Shown piece by piece: positions 31,534-40,991 of a stretch of 64,000 nucleotides of DNA. Numbering within the stretch: position 1 is the first letter of the stretch; every line of letters starts with the position of its first letter. The stretch is taken from positions 5,792,001 to 5,856,000 of the forward strand of contig OZ244065.1 of NCBI GenBank assembly GCA_965215505.1, given 5' to 3'. A program made the position numbers and the translations under genes. Below the pieces are notes generated by a model. The model made no database searches. It was not told where the DNA came from and was given only the letters and a program-made list of their open reading frames with translations. Source of the stretch: Capsulimonadaceae bacterium (GTDB lineage: Bacteria > Armatimonadota > Armatimonadia > Armatimonadales > Capsulimonadaceae).

Positions 31534-32580
31534 ATGGCAGACGAGAAGCTGCGCCTGACGGAGATGGCCTCCTCGGCGGGTTGAGCGGCGAAGCTTGGTC
31601 CGGGGGACCTGAACGCCGCAGTGAAAGATTTGTTCGTTGACGTGCCGCGTGACCCGAACGTCCTGGTGGGCTTCGGCACGCTGGACGACGCCGGCGTCTA
31701 CCGCCTGAGCGAGCATCAAGCCCTCGTGCAGACGGTGGACTTCATCACGCCGGTCGTGGACGATCCTTACGCCTACGGCGAGATCGCCGTGGCGAACGCG
31801 CTTTCGGACGTCTACGCCATGGGCGGCCTGCCGCTGACGGCCCTGAACGTCGCCTGCTTCCCGTCCGGCCTGGACCCTGAAATACTGAACGGCATCCTGC
31901 GCGGCGGCCTATCGAAGTGCCTGGAAGCGGGCGTTGCGCTGATGGGCGGGCACACGGTTGATGACCCGGAGATCAAGTTCGGCCTGTCCGTGACGGGGAT
32001 GGTAGACCCGGCGCACGTTTGGACCAATGCGGGCGCGCGGGTGGGGGACTCCTTGATCCTGACCAAGCCGCTCGGCGTCGGCGCAATCACGACCGGTATC
32101 AAGCAAGGCGTCGCGCCTGCCGACGCCGTGGAAGCCGCCTTGACGTCAATGCGGACGCTCAACCGGGCCGCGCGGGACGTCGTGGCGACGGTCGGCCCGC
32201 GCGCCTGCACGGACGTAACCGGGTTCAGCCTGCTCGGCCATTTGTACCAGATGCTCCGTGCGTCGGGCGTATCGGCCCGCGTCCATGCCAGCCAAGTGCC
32301 ATTCCTGACTGGTGCGCTGGATTTGGCGCGTCAGGGCGTCAGTCCGGGCGGGGCGGGGCGAAACCGGGACTACTTCGCCGCGCACGTCACGGTCGCGGAG
32401 GGTATTGAGGGGGCCATCGTGTCGCTGCTGTACGACCCGCAGACGTCGGGCGGTTTGCTGGTTTCGGTGGCGGGGGATAAGAAGAATGTTCTACTCGCCG
32501 CGCTGACGGCGGCGGGCCTCTCGGCGGCCCATGTCGGGGACGTGACGGAGCCGTCTGCGGGCCGCGTTTTCGTAATATAG
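31534..32580 (+). CDS. selD: Selenide, water dikinase SelD (selenoprotein, Sec17)
   Basis: MADEKLRLTEMASSAG-TGA(31582-31584)-AAKLGP continues in frame into DDAGVY, QTVDF and DPQTSGGLL. Confidence 0.93.
31585..31619 (+). promoter_or_regulatory. Bacterial SECIS-like hairpin in selD
   Basis: GCGGCG..GGTCC-GGG-GGACC..CGCCGC directly 3' of the UGA. Confidence 0.7.
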
Positions 32581-32582
32581 AT

Positions 32583-32675
32583 GGAGGCGTTTGGGGTCTG
32601 GTGGCCCTCCTGGTCTTCAAAACCAGTGACCCGCATCACGCGGGTGGTGGGTTCGATTCCCATCCGCTTCCGCCA
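32583..32675 (+). tRNA. selC: tRNA-Sec (anticodon UCA)
   Basis: 6-bp D stem, CTGGT-CTTCAAA-ACCAG anticodon arm (TCA at 32617-32619), long variable arm, GGTTCGATTCC T loop, encoded GCCA end. Confidence 0.95.
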
Positions 32676-32681
32676 AACAAT

Positions 32682-33545
32682 ATGCTCCCCGAAAACACAC
32701 AACAGTCTGGTACCGTCAAGACGATGCCCGTCGCGCGGCTGCGCGACGGGCATCTGGCTGAGGTTGATGACACGCTCGTCGTCGAGGAGCCGCTGGAGAT
32801 TCGTCTGGGGATGGAGCGGTTCACGGTCACTATGCGGACGCCGGGCAATGACTTCGCGCTGACGCGCGGCCTGCTGCTGACCGAGGGCGTGATCGGCTGC
32901 GAAGCCGACATCGGCCAGATCCGCTACTGCGATACGGGCGAGGCGGCGGACACGGACATTCCCAACATCGTCACCGTACAGCTCAAGACGCCGCCGCTGT
33001 CCGAGAAGCTCTGGCAAAGGACTTTGATGGCGGGGACGAGCTGCGGCCTATGCGGCAAGGCGGCCTTAGAGGCCGTCGGGATGCAGACGTGCCCGCTGCC
33101 GCCTCCTACTCTGCCCATGTTGAGCCGCGAGACACTGCTGTCGCTGCCGCATACACTGCGGCGTCATCAGGCGCTTTTCAAGCAAACGGGGGGCCTGCAC
33201 GCGGTCGGCCTGTTCGACGCAACGGGGGATTGCCGGTGCGTCTTTGAAGACATCGGACGGCACAACGCTACCGACAAGGCCATCGGCTTCGGTGTGGAGC
33301 AGGGCTGGCTTCCTTGGGAGGGTGCCGAGCCACTGATCCTGCTGGTCAGCGGCCGGGCCTCGTTCGAGATCACGCAGAAGGCGCTCATGGCCCGCATCTC
33401 CGTCGTCTGCTCCGTCTCCGCCGCCTCCACGCTGGCGGTGGAACTGGCCCAGGCCAACAACCAGACGCTGGTCGGCTTCCTGCGCGACACGGGCATGACG
33501 GTCTACACGGGCGGCAAACGGCTATCCCTCGCGCCCGATGCCTAA
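32682..33545 (+). CDS. fdhD: Formate dehydrogenase accessory sulfurtransferase FdhD
   Basis: VEEPLEI, TMRTPG, SCGLCG, TGGLH and EDIGRHNA motifs. Confidence 0.93.
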   Translation: MLPENTQQSGTVKTMPVARLRDGHLAEVDDTLVVEEPLEIRLGMERFTVTMRTPGNDFALTRGLLLTEGVIGCEADIGQIRYCDTGEAADTDIPNIVTVQLKTPPLSEKLWQRTLMAGTSCGLCGKAALEAVGMQTCPLPPPTLPMLSRETLLSLPHTLRRHQALFKQTGGLHAVGLFDATGDCRCVFEDIGRHNATDKAIGFGVEQGWLPWEGAEPLILLVSGRASFEITQKALMARISVVCSVSAASTLAVELAQANNQTLVGFLRDTGMTVYTGGKRLSLAPDA

Positions 33546-34103
33546 CGCATCGGCGACGCGGTTGATGTAGTTGAACCAGGACGTGATGAGTGTAATCTGC
33601 AAGATGCCCTGGTCATCGAAGCCCACGGCGTGCAGGCGCGCGTGGTCGTCGGGGCTGACCTTCGTGGCGTCCTTCGTGACCTTGACGACGTAGTCCAGCA
33701 TCACCCGGTCCTGCTCGCTGATGGGTGCGGTTCTATAATCCTGGCGCAGTGCTTCCACGAAGCCGTCATCCAGGGTGACTCGACGCAGAAACTCTGCGTG
33801 CGAAACCGTTCAATAGAAACACCGGTTGGTGACGGAGACGGTCGTGGTGATCATCTCCTGCTGCCGCCGCGTCAGCGGCAGGTCCGGGGACATCAGCGCG
33901 CCGAAGGTGGAGAAGGCGTGAAAAAGGGCGTCCGGGATGAGCGTGTGTGACGCGACGATGTTGGGCATGTCCGTCCGCCCCGCCTCGTCCGTCCCCTCGA
34001 CGGGCGTGGCGTACTCGGCGGGATAAAGCTCCCGCTGCTTGCCCATCAGCTCCCCCAGCCGCTCGTCGGCTTCGGACATCGGGACCGTTTTGATCCAGGC
34101 CAT
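33522..34103 (-). CDS. AhpD/carboxymuconolactone-decarboxylase-family peroxidase-related selenoprotein (CxxU)
   Basis: ORFs 33810..34133 and 33522..33758 join in frame across TGA 33812-33810: [18 protein letters not shown]...[13 protein letters not shown]. Confidence 0.85.
33779..33803 (-). promoter_or_regulatory. SECIS-like hairpin in the AhpD-like gene
   Basis: Minus-strand TCG-C-ACGCAGA-GTT-TCTGCGT-CGA; loop begins 17 nt after the UGA. Confidence 0.7.
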
Positions 34104-34131
34104 GTGGTGTTCCTTCCGTTTAACGTACTCC

Positions 34132-34160
34132 ATCCTATCATAAGCAGGCGTTTACGTCAA
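34132..34160 (-). promoter_or_regulatory. Sigma70-type promoter for the AhpD-like gene
   Basis: TTGACG-N17-TAGGAT with extended TG; supports ATG 34103 as the start. Confidence 0.55.
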
Positions 34161-34251
34161 GCATTGCAGCGGGAGTGGAGCGATCCTCTGCTGGGTCCGG
34201 GCCTGACGAACGGGGACGGACAACAAAAGGGCCTTTCGCATCACGCCAAGT

Positions 34252-36336
34252 TCAGAGGAGGTGGCGGCTCAGAAACCGCTCGTAAAGCCCGCAGCGCGGC
34301 GCGGCTTCGCGCGGCGTGTTGCCGGTCACGACGCCCGCCGTCCGCAAGCGGAAGAATCTGTCCGGTTCCGGCGGCTTCCGGTCCCGCAGCAGGCCGCGCA
34401 GGCTTTCGGTCATCTGCGGATCCTGGGTGACGGAGATCAGCAAACGCCGCAGATGATCGCCGAATATCCCTTCATCCCGGTCCGCCCCCGCCTCCAGCGC
34501 GGCAAAGTCGAGGCCGGCCATGGCCATCTCGTTCAGGCCGCAGGCGCAAAGGGCAGGCTGTCCGCCGGTCAACGCCTGGAAGCCGGACAATTCCCGTGCG
34601 TTTCGGAGCGGGCTGCCGTGCCGTCGGTTCAGGTCCGCCACCTGGTCCGCCGTGAAGTCCAGCAGGAAGAGGCGCGTCCCCACGTTGAACGGGGATTGGT
34701 TGAGGTCCGAGATGAACAGGTGTGCCTCGGTGGCATAGGCGATGACAAGGGTGAGGCGGCTCCACGGGTCTGCCGGAACGAGGGTCCTGCGGTTGTGCCA
34801 GGAGCGGAAGAGGCCGAACACGTCGCTGCCGTAACCGCAGTGGAACAGGCGATCCACTTCGTCCAGACCCCAGACCAGCGGCGCGTCCAGCCGCTCCAGG
34901 ACTTCCCGGCGAAGGAACCGCTCGAAGTTCATGTTCGGACTCCGATACTCGCTCCAGGAAGCCGGGTCGTAATCCAGGCCGATCTCGTCGGCGATCATCA
35001 CGGTCAGACACCGGTAAAACGACTCCGGCGAGTGAAGGTATTCCGCGTTGAAGGTCTGCAAGTCCGTCAGGATAGTCCGGACCCCGGCGGCTCGGGCTTG
35101 GTGCAGCCCTCGCGCCAGCATCGAAGTCTTGCCGATCTGCCGGGAGCCTTTGAGCAGCACGATGCCATCCCGGCGGGCGATGGCCGCCCGGAGATCGTCG
35201 TCGGCGTCCCGGACGACATAGAAGGCAGAGTCGAGGGGGACGGCACCGCCGGCAGACCCGTGCCGCGGCGGGGCGGAAGGCTCCGGTTCGGGCGGCTTCT
35301 TCATTGCGGCATCAAGTTCTTTCAGCGCAGCGTCCAGGTCCGCCACGAGCCGCACATCGTCCTCGGGGCCGTTCCAGGCGATATACATCAGCGGATCAAG
35401 GATCGCGCCCAGCGATTGTGGCAAGGCTTCCGTGAAGGCGACGCGCACCGGCAGCAGGCGCGGCCGTCCTCCTCTTGCCCAGAGGGCGGCGTGGGCCGTT
35501 TGGACCTCGAACTCGAACATCTCACTGCGGACGGATGCTTCCGAAACGAGCACGATCACGGCCTGGGCGGATTGGATCTGCCTCTTGATCTCCGCCGCCC
35601 ACTCGACCCCGATCGCGATGTGCCGGTCGATGAACAGCGAATGGCCGTGGGCGCTCAGCTTGGAATCGAGAAGGGCCACGACCCCCGCATCCGGCGCGGC
35701 ATGACGCTTGTACAAGATGGCCACGCGCCCCGGCTCCGGCCCATCCTCTGCCACGACTTGCGGGACAAGTCTGTCCGGCAGACCGGTCTTACCAACGTCC
35801 GGCGTGTGGAAGTTGAACAGGCGCACCGTCGTCCCATGCTTGACCTCATACTCGCCTAGATAGGATAAAAAAGCGGCCCAGTTCTCATATTCGCTGATGA
35901 CGTCGGCGAAGCTATGGGACATGAGGATGTGGCCCGCATCTCCGAAGCCCATCACGCGCTCCGCGAGATTGATTCCGCTGCCGGAAACATTATCCTGTCC
36001 ATGAATGTCCGGCTGTCGGGTGACAGGGCCGCTGTGCAGTCCCATCCGCAGGGGCAGGTCCGGGCGCGTCCGCAGAGCGAGGGCGACTTCGCAGGCGCAC
36101 TGGAGCGGGGCGCGTGGGTCACGGAAGAAGATCAGCGCCAGGCCGTCCCCCTGGTCGCGGCAGATCAGGTCCCCCTCTCCCTCAGCGCGCCGGTATTCGG
36201 GGGTCTGCTGCACCCTCTCCCGGAGGCCCTGGACCTGCCGTGCCTGTGCCTCCATGGGCAGCCGGGAGTGGCCGACCAGGTCCATGAAAAGAACGTGGGC
36301 CATCTCCGTCGGGATTCGTGTCGGTTCGTCCGTCAT
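34252..36336 (-). CDS. Class III adenylate/guanylate cyclase - TIR - AAA_35 (STAND-like) ATPase fusion
   Basis: Cyclase: LFMDLVGHS, QGDG, LRMGLHSGPV, GINLAERV. TIR: FIDRHIAIGVEW...SEMFEFEV. ATPase: GSRQIGKTS, WGLDEVD, SPFNVG, TGGQP. Confidence 0.85.
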   Translation of the reverse strand: MTDEPTRIPTEMAHVLFMDLVGHSRLPMEAQARQVQGLRERVQQTPEYRRAEGEGDLICRDQGDGLALIFFRDPRAPLQCACEVALALRTRPDLPLRMGLHSGPVTRQPDIHGQDNVSGSGINLAERVMGFGDAGHILMSHSFADVISEYENWAAFLSYLGEYEVKHGTTVRLFNFHTPDVGKTGLPDRLVPQVVAEDGPEPGRVAILYKRHAAPDAGVVALLDSKLSAHGHSLFIDRHIAIGVEWAAEIKRQIQSAQAVIVLVSEASVRSEMFEFEVQTAHAALWARGGRPRLLPVRVAFTEALPQSLGAILDPLMYIAWNGPEDDVRLVADLDAALKELDAAMKKPPEPEPSAPPRHGSAGGAVPLDSAFYVVRDADDDLRAAIARRDGIVLLKGSRQIGKTSMLARGLHQARAAGVRTILTDLQTFNAEYLHSPESFYRCLTVMIADEIGLDYDPASWSEYRSPNMNFERFLRREVLERLDAPLVWGLDEVDRLFHCGYGSDVFGLFRSWHNRRTLVPADPWSRLTLVIAYATEAHLFISDLNQSPFNVGTRLFLLDFTADQVADLNRRHGSPLRNARELSGFQALTGGQPALCACGLNEMAMAGLDFAALEAGADRDEGIFGDHLRRLLISVTQDPQMTESLRGLLRDRKPPEPDRFFRLRTAGVVTGNTPREAAPRCGLYERFLSRHLL

Positions 36337-38804
36337 TATCGCTTTTCGCTTTTGTGTGTAGGAAGAAGGTGTCCGAAGACGAGATCACCTGGCGAAGATG
36401 TGTTCACGTCTCCGGGTCTGATCGGCTGACCATGATCATCCCGACCATCGGGTCCGACACTGTAGAGCAGATAAGTATCTCCTATTGTGGTGTAGTGAAG
36501 AGGGGCACTCCAGACGGACTCGTCGTCGCTGTCAAAAGGATCATCGGGCAGGATCTTGAGGTAGGTTGGCTTAAGCTGGTAGAGGGTTTTCGGGTAGTGG
36601 CCTGATGCAAGGCGGTATGCTCTGAGTGCGGCAGCCATTAGAAGGAGCCTTGTCCTAGTCTCACTCGCCGTGTCAATTAGCCATAAAAAGCTTAGGGGGA
36701 GCGTGAAGCCGCTGCTGATCATACCGCCGGGTGCATCAGGTACAGTCACCTCCTTCCGCAAGGTAGAGCCATATTGGTTTTTGCGCGTCAGTTCAATGCA
36801 AGCGTCAGCATATTGTGTAACCTCTGCCATTGCAGCCCGCTTGCTGCTCGTCATGAGTTCCATCCTCACGCCCACTCGCACCCAGACGAAGGGTTCTGTA
36901 TCTTTGGGAAGTGTGGCGGACAATCCGGAATTTTCGTCCCATTTCCATTGATTCTCCCAGTGCCTCCTATAATAAGTGTCCCGCCAATGTGGACTGTCAA
37001 ACAGTGCCATAAGATCGCTCTCTGTCTGCCATTTGTCCTCTCGCAGGGTTTCCCAGAAGGGGAATCTTGTCTGAAAAAGAGATGTGAGGCGACCGGTCAC
37101 GGCGTTAGCCTGGGAGATGCTGAGGTGGCTAATGGTCTTCTCCAGCGCGCGCTGCCCGATTGCTTCAAAGGCCACTCCGATCTCCCGATTTACGAGGGGG
37201 CCATTTTCCATGACACGCTCACCGAGGGCAATGGCATCCAGGTCGCTCTGGGCGGCGGCCCCCCAGTCTCCACGGGAAATCCTTACTTGTCCTTCCAATA
37301 CCAGTAATCTAGCAAGTGAACGGTAGTCGGCCACAGCACTGTCCCACGCCATGTGTCGGAACCCGTGTACCAGCCCGAGACGCAGCCAATGCAGGGCTGC
37401 CGCATTACGCTGGACCATGTCAGCCTTGTCCTGCGGCGCTATGGGTTCGTCAGCCCCGGCGTAAGCCTCGTCGACTTCGGTCGCACTGGTAAGCGACCGC
37501 ATGGCATTTTCAAAGTCGTCATAGGCGTTTGGGACTGGAGCGGTGCGTTTTGGAATCGTAACGACCGGGTCACGATCAAGCCAGGCACCGCCGCCGAACC
37601 AAACGGTGCCGAGAAGCAGCACGGTAACCGCCAGGGTCCGCGAGACGCCTTTCCAGAAGGCGACTCGCTGCCGGCGCAGTTCCGCCCCCGGCATGACCGA
37701 TCTGATCCAGGCCCGGTCGAAGACGCGGGCGTAGATGCGGTTGCGGACCCGAAGGCATCCGGCCTCATCGCCTGCGATGCCGGACAGCCGCAGAAGACCT
37801 GCGCGCGGGTCGGCCTCGGCGCAGAGGATGCGCCGCCGGGAATACCGAAGGCGGCGATAGAAGTCCAGCAGGCCGGCCAGGTCCGTGTCACTCTCCAGCA
37901 GTCGGCGGCGGACGAATGCCAGATTGCCGTCCTGCTCCGGCGACTCCTGCGTGAAGAACAATGACCGGCACAGGCGGTCCACGTTCGGAGCCGCCCCCGC
38001 CGCCACGGCCTCACAGAGCCGCTGCGTGAGGTACGGGTGTCCCCCCGTCCAATACAGAACGCGCCGCAGCCGTCGGCTCCCCGTGCGCCGGTCCCGGCCC
38101 AGGCCGGCGGCGAGAGGAGCGGCTTCGTCGGCGGAAAAGTCTGTCAGCTCGATGCGCCGGCCGATGTTGAATGGCGTCGTTTTCGTGTCCTCAACGAGTT
38201 CCGCCGGCGAGGCCACACCCAGCATGCAGAACGTCAGGCGCGCGAGAGACGGGTCATGCGCCCGCTGATTGAAAAAGGCACGGACGGCGGCGAAGAACTC
38301 ATCGGTGGAGAAAGGCAGCGAGCGGACGGCATCTATCTCATCCACGAAGATGACGAGCGGGGAACTACAATCAGGGAGGACGACTTTGCGGATCACCAGC
38401 TCAAACCCCTGGAGGGGACCCCGCTGCCGGTTCCGATCCCAAAACCCCTCGATCTCGTCTTCCAGTCCCAACTGCTCGCCGAGCATGCTCACGAGGCCTT
38501 CGTACCACTGCGCGATGCTCACCTGCCGCCCGACGGTCGTCAGGTCCAGGATGGCCACACGCACCCCGGCTTCCTCAAGCCGCGCCTTCGTGCGGACCAT
38601 CAGCGAAGACTTGCCGACCTGCCGCGTGTCCAGGATATAGCAGAACTCACCCCGAAGGAGCGTCTGTAACAGGACGTCGTCCGCCTGCCGCTCGACGTAG
38701 GAGGGTGCGCCCGGATGGAGTGTCCCGCCGGAGACGAAAAAGGGGCCGGCGTTCTGGAATGGCTGCGAAAGAGAAGGGACCCCGGAATCTGTACTGGTAG
38801 GCAT
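36336..38804 (-). CDS. AAA_35 ATPase - transmembrane helix - extracytoplasmic domain with GspG-like C-terminal motif
   Basis: SYVERQAD, TRQVGKSS, IFVDEID, TPFNIG and TGGHPYL; TM helix TLAVTVLLLGTVWFGGGAWL; C-terminal AYRLASGHYPKTL..LPDDPF..LYSVGPDGRDD. Confidence 0.8.
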   Translation of the reverse strand: MPTSTDSGVPSLSQPFQNAGPFFVSGGTLHPGAPSYVERQADDVLLQTLLRGEFCYILDTRQVGKSSLMVRTKARLEEAGVRVAILDLTTVGRQVSIAQWYEGLVSMLGEQLGLEDEIEGFWDRNRQRGPLQGFELVIRKVVLPDCSSPLVIFVDEIDAVRSLPFSTDEFFAAVRAFFNQRAHDPSLARLTFCMLGVASPAELVEDTKTTPFNIGRRIELTDFSADEAAPLAAGLGRDRRTGSRRLRRVLYWTGGHPYLTQRLCEAVAAGAAPNVDRLCRSLFFTQESPEQDGNLAFVRRRLLESDTDLAGLLDFYRRLRYSRRRILCAEADPRAGLLRLSGIAGDEAGCLRVRNRIYARVFDRAWIRSVMPGAELRRQRVAFWKGVSRTLAVTVLLLGTVWFGGGAWLDRDPVVTIPKRTAPVPNAYDDFENAMRSLTSATEVDEAYAGADEPIAPQDKADMVQRNAAALHWLRLGLVHGFRHMAWDSAVADYRSLARLLVLEGQVRISRGDWGAAAQSDLDAIALGERVMENGPLVNREIGVAFEAIGQRALEKTISHLSISQANAVTGRLTSLFQTRFPFWETLREDKWQTESDLMALFDSPHWRDTYYRRHWENQWKWDENSGLSATLPKDTEPFVWVRVGVRMELMTSSKRAAMAEVTQYADACIELTRKNQYGSTLRKEVTVPDAPGGMISSGFTLPLSFLWLIDTASETRTRLLLMAAALRAYRLASGHYPKTLYQLKPTYLKILPDDPFDSDDESVWSAPLHYTTIGDTYLLYSVGPDGRDDHGQPIRPGDVNTSSPGDLVFGHLLPTHKSEKR

Positions 38805-38945
38805 GGTTTCCCCGGCTGATGTTATAGGGTGATGATACGGGACGACGGCCTATGGCATTGAAGGCAGTATATCCGGGTAGTGTGACCACATTCGGCGGGG
38901 TTCGGTGTGACAAAAGACACACGCTACCCTAAGCAGGTGGTCACG

Positions 38946-40400
38946 CTAAGCCGGGTGTTTGAGATGGCTGAGTGCGGCCATCGCGGCGTAGTATCCCCCC
39001 ATGCCGTGGACGCCGCCGCCGGGCGGGGTGGCGGAGGAACACAGATACAGGCCGGGGACGGGCGTAGACCACGGCGTCCAGCGGGCGATGGGGCGGGTGA
39101 ACAATTGCCGCCAGTCCTGGATGCCGCCGTTGATGTCCCCGCCGATGTAGTTGGCGTTGTACCGCTCCATCGCCGACGGGCCGATGGTGTGCTTGGCGAG
39201 GATGCGGTCCCGGAAGCCCGGTGCGAACCTCTCGATCTGCGCCTCGATGCGGCCCGTCATGTCCACGGTGCAGCCGTTAGGGACGTGGCAGTAGGCCCAA
39301 ACGGTGTGCTTGCCATCGGGGGCGCGGGTCGGGTCAAAGAGGCTCTGCTGGGCCAGCAGGATGTAGGGCACGTCCGCGACCTCGCCGCGCGCCGAGGCCC
39401 GCTCGGAGCGGCTGAGTTCGGCCCGCGTCGCGCCCAAATGCACGGTCCCCGCTGAGGTCACTTCGGGCGACTTCCAGGGGACCGGGCCGTCCAGGGCATA
39501 GTCCAGCTTGAACGCCCCCATGCCGTAGCGGTAGCGGCCCAGCCGCGTCCGGTAGCCGGTGGGCAGCTTGTCCCCGGCGATCTTGACGAGCTGGCGGGGC
39601 GTGATGTCGCCCATGATGACGCGCGACGGCGGCAGGTCATCCAGCGACTTCACCTCCCGCCCCGTTTCCACCTTGCCGCCCAACGATTCCAGGTGCGCGA
39701 CCAGGGCGTCAATGATCTTCTGGGACCCGCCGCGCGGGAACGGCCAGCCGACCGCGTGGCCGGCGATGCCCAGCGCCATGCCAAAGGCGGCGCTCGGCGA
39801 CTGTTCCAGGGGCAGCATCGAGTGGGCGGCCATGCCGGAGAAGAAGCCCCGCGCCCGGCCCCCCCGGAACGCGGCTTCGGTCAAGGCTTGCGAGGACAGA
39901 ATCGCCTTCAGGCCGAACCGCGCCAGGCCGAACGGGTAACACGCCAGCCGCAGCGGCTCGCGCAGCGCCCTGGAAGTCTCCTCCCAATCGGGCACGAGCG
40001 GCCCCATCAGGCGCGTGTAGTTGTCGGCGTCCGCCCCCAGCGTCGCCGCCGTCTCTTCCACCGACTGGTACAAGAGTGCGGGCGGCCCGTCGTCAAATGG
40101 GTGTGCCAGGGCGGCGGGCGGCTGTATCCACTCCAGCCCATGCTTTTCGAGCGGCAGCGTCCGAAAGAACGGCGACCCGTAGCCGAGCGGGTGGATGGCC
40201 GAGCAGATGTCGTGCGTGAAGCCAGGCAGCGTCAGCTCCGCCGACCGGCAGCCCCCGCCGGGGGTGTCCTTGGCCTCGACCACGAGGACGGAATGGCCCT
40301 CCTGCGCGAACCGGATGGCGGCGGCCAGCCCGTTCGGGCCGGAGCCGATGACGACGGCATCATAGTCTTGTGCTGATGAGCGAGCAGCAGATGGTGTCAT
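38946..40400 (-). CDS. Phytoene-desaturase-family NAD(P)/FAD-dependent oxidoreductase
   Basis: IGSGPNGLAAA, HDICSAIHP and TPPGGGVHGM motifs. Confidence 0.88.
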   Translation of the reverse strand: MTPSAARSSAQDYDAVVIGSGPNGLAAAIRFAQEGHSVLVVEAKDTPGGGCRSAELTLPGFTHDICSAIHPLGYGSPFFRTLPLEKHGLEWIQPPAALAHPFDDGPPALLYQSVEETAATLGADADNYTRLMGPLVPDWEETSRALREPLRLACYPFGLARFGLKAILSSQALTEAAFRGGRARGFFSGMAAHSMLPLEQSPSAAFGMALGIAGHAVGWPFPRGGSQKIIDALVAHLESLGGKVETGREVKSLDDLPPSRVIMGDITPRQLVKIAGDKLPTGYRTRLGRYRYGMGAFKLDYALDGPVPWKSPEVTSAGTVHLGATRAELSRSERASARGEVADVPYILLAQQSLFDPTRAPDGKHTVWAYCHVPNGCTVDMTGRIEAQIERFAPGFRDRILAKHTIGPSAMERYNANYIGGDINGGIQDWRQLFTRPIARWTPWSTPVPGLYLCSSATPPGGGVHGMGGYYAAMAALSHLKHPA

Positions 40401-40846
40401 GTCAAGTGTTCTAAATCGCTGAGGTCTTTCAGCCTGCCGCTGGCTTGCTTGTTGACCTTGAGGCTGTCCATGTCAATCACGTTTATGGGTACGCCGTCCA
40501 TAAGGATCACCTCGCGCTTCAGCCAGCAGTCAGTGAATTCTACGCCTGAGATGCTGGTAAGCAGTTCAATCCGCAATGGAGGGTTGCCCATGCGGATGAC
40601 ACGATCTGCCTGCAAAAATACCCCCACGGCGATATCGTCGCTTGAGAACCCGAAGCCGCGCAATGCAGCCGCCACTCCCTGTGCGTTGTCTTCGCTACGC
40701 GCTATCCAGATGTCCATGTCGCCCGTAGCACGGGGGTAGCCGTGGTGCCCGACCGCGTAGCCCCCGACCAGAAGATACTCAACGCCGTTCTCGTTCAACA
40801 ACTTCAAGAAATCTTTGAAGTCGGTCGGTAGAAGGATCGTAGCCAT
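40397..40846 (-). CDS. Nucleotidyltransferase-fold protein (DUF6036-like)
   Basis: VGGYAV..HGYPRATGDMDIW and K.ASGRLKDLSDL motifs. Confidence 0.8.
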   Translation of the reverse strand: MATILLPTDFKDFLKLLNENGVEYLLVGGYAVGHHGYPRATGDMDIWIARSEDNAQGVAAALRGFGFSSDDIAVGVFLQADRVIRMGNPPLRIELLTSISGVEFTDCWLKREVILMDGVPINVIDMDSLKVNKQASGRLKDLSDLEHLT

Positions 40847-40991
40847 ACATCACCTGCCGCATCAATTCGAGCGCTTCCAGCCTTGCCTGGGGAGACTGGG
40901 TTTTCCAGTAGTCCGCCTCATCTGACGGGTCATGGAGCGAAACGATGGACAGGCTCGACTTGTCCATCTTTAGAGTATCACGCAGAGACAT
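40779..40991 (-). CDS. Small (70 aa) partner of the nucleotidyltransferase
   Basis: MSLRDTLKMDK...DYWKTQSPQARLEALELMR; overlaps both neighbouring genes. Confidence 0.65.
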   Translation of the reverse strand: MSLRDTLKMDKSSLSIVSLHDPSDEADYWKTQSPQARLEALELMRQVMYGYDPSTDRLQRFLEVVERERR

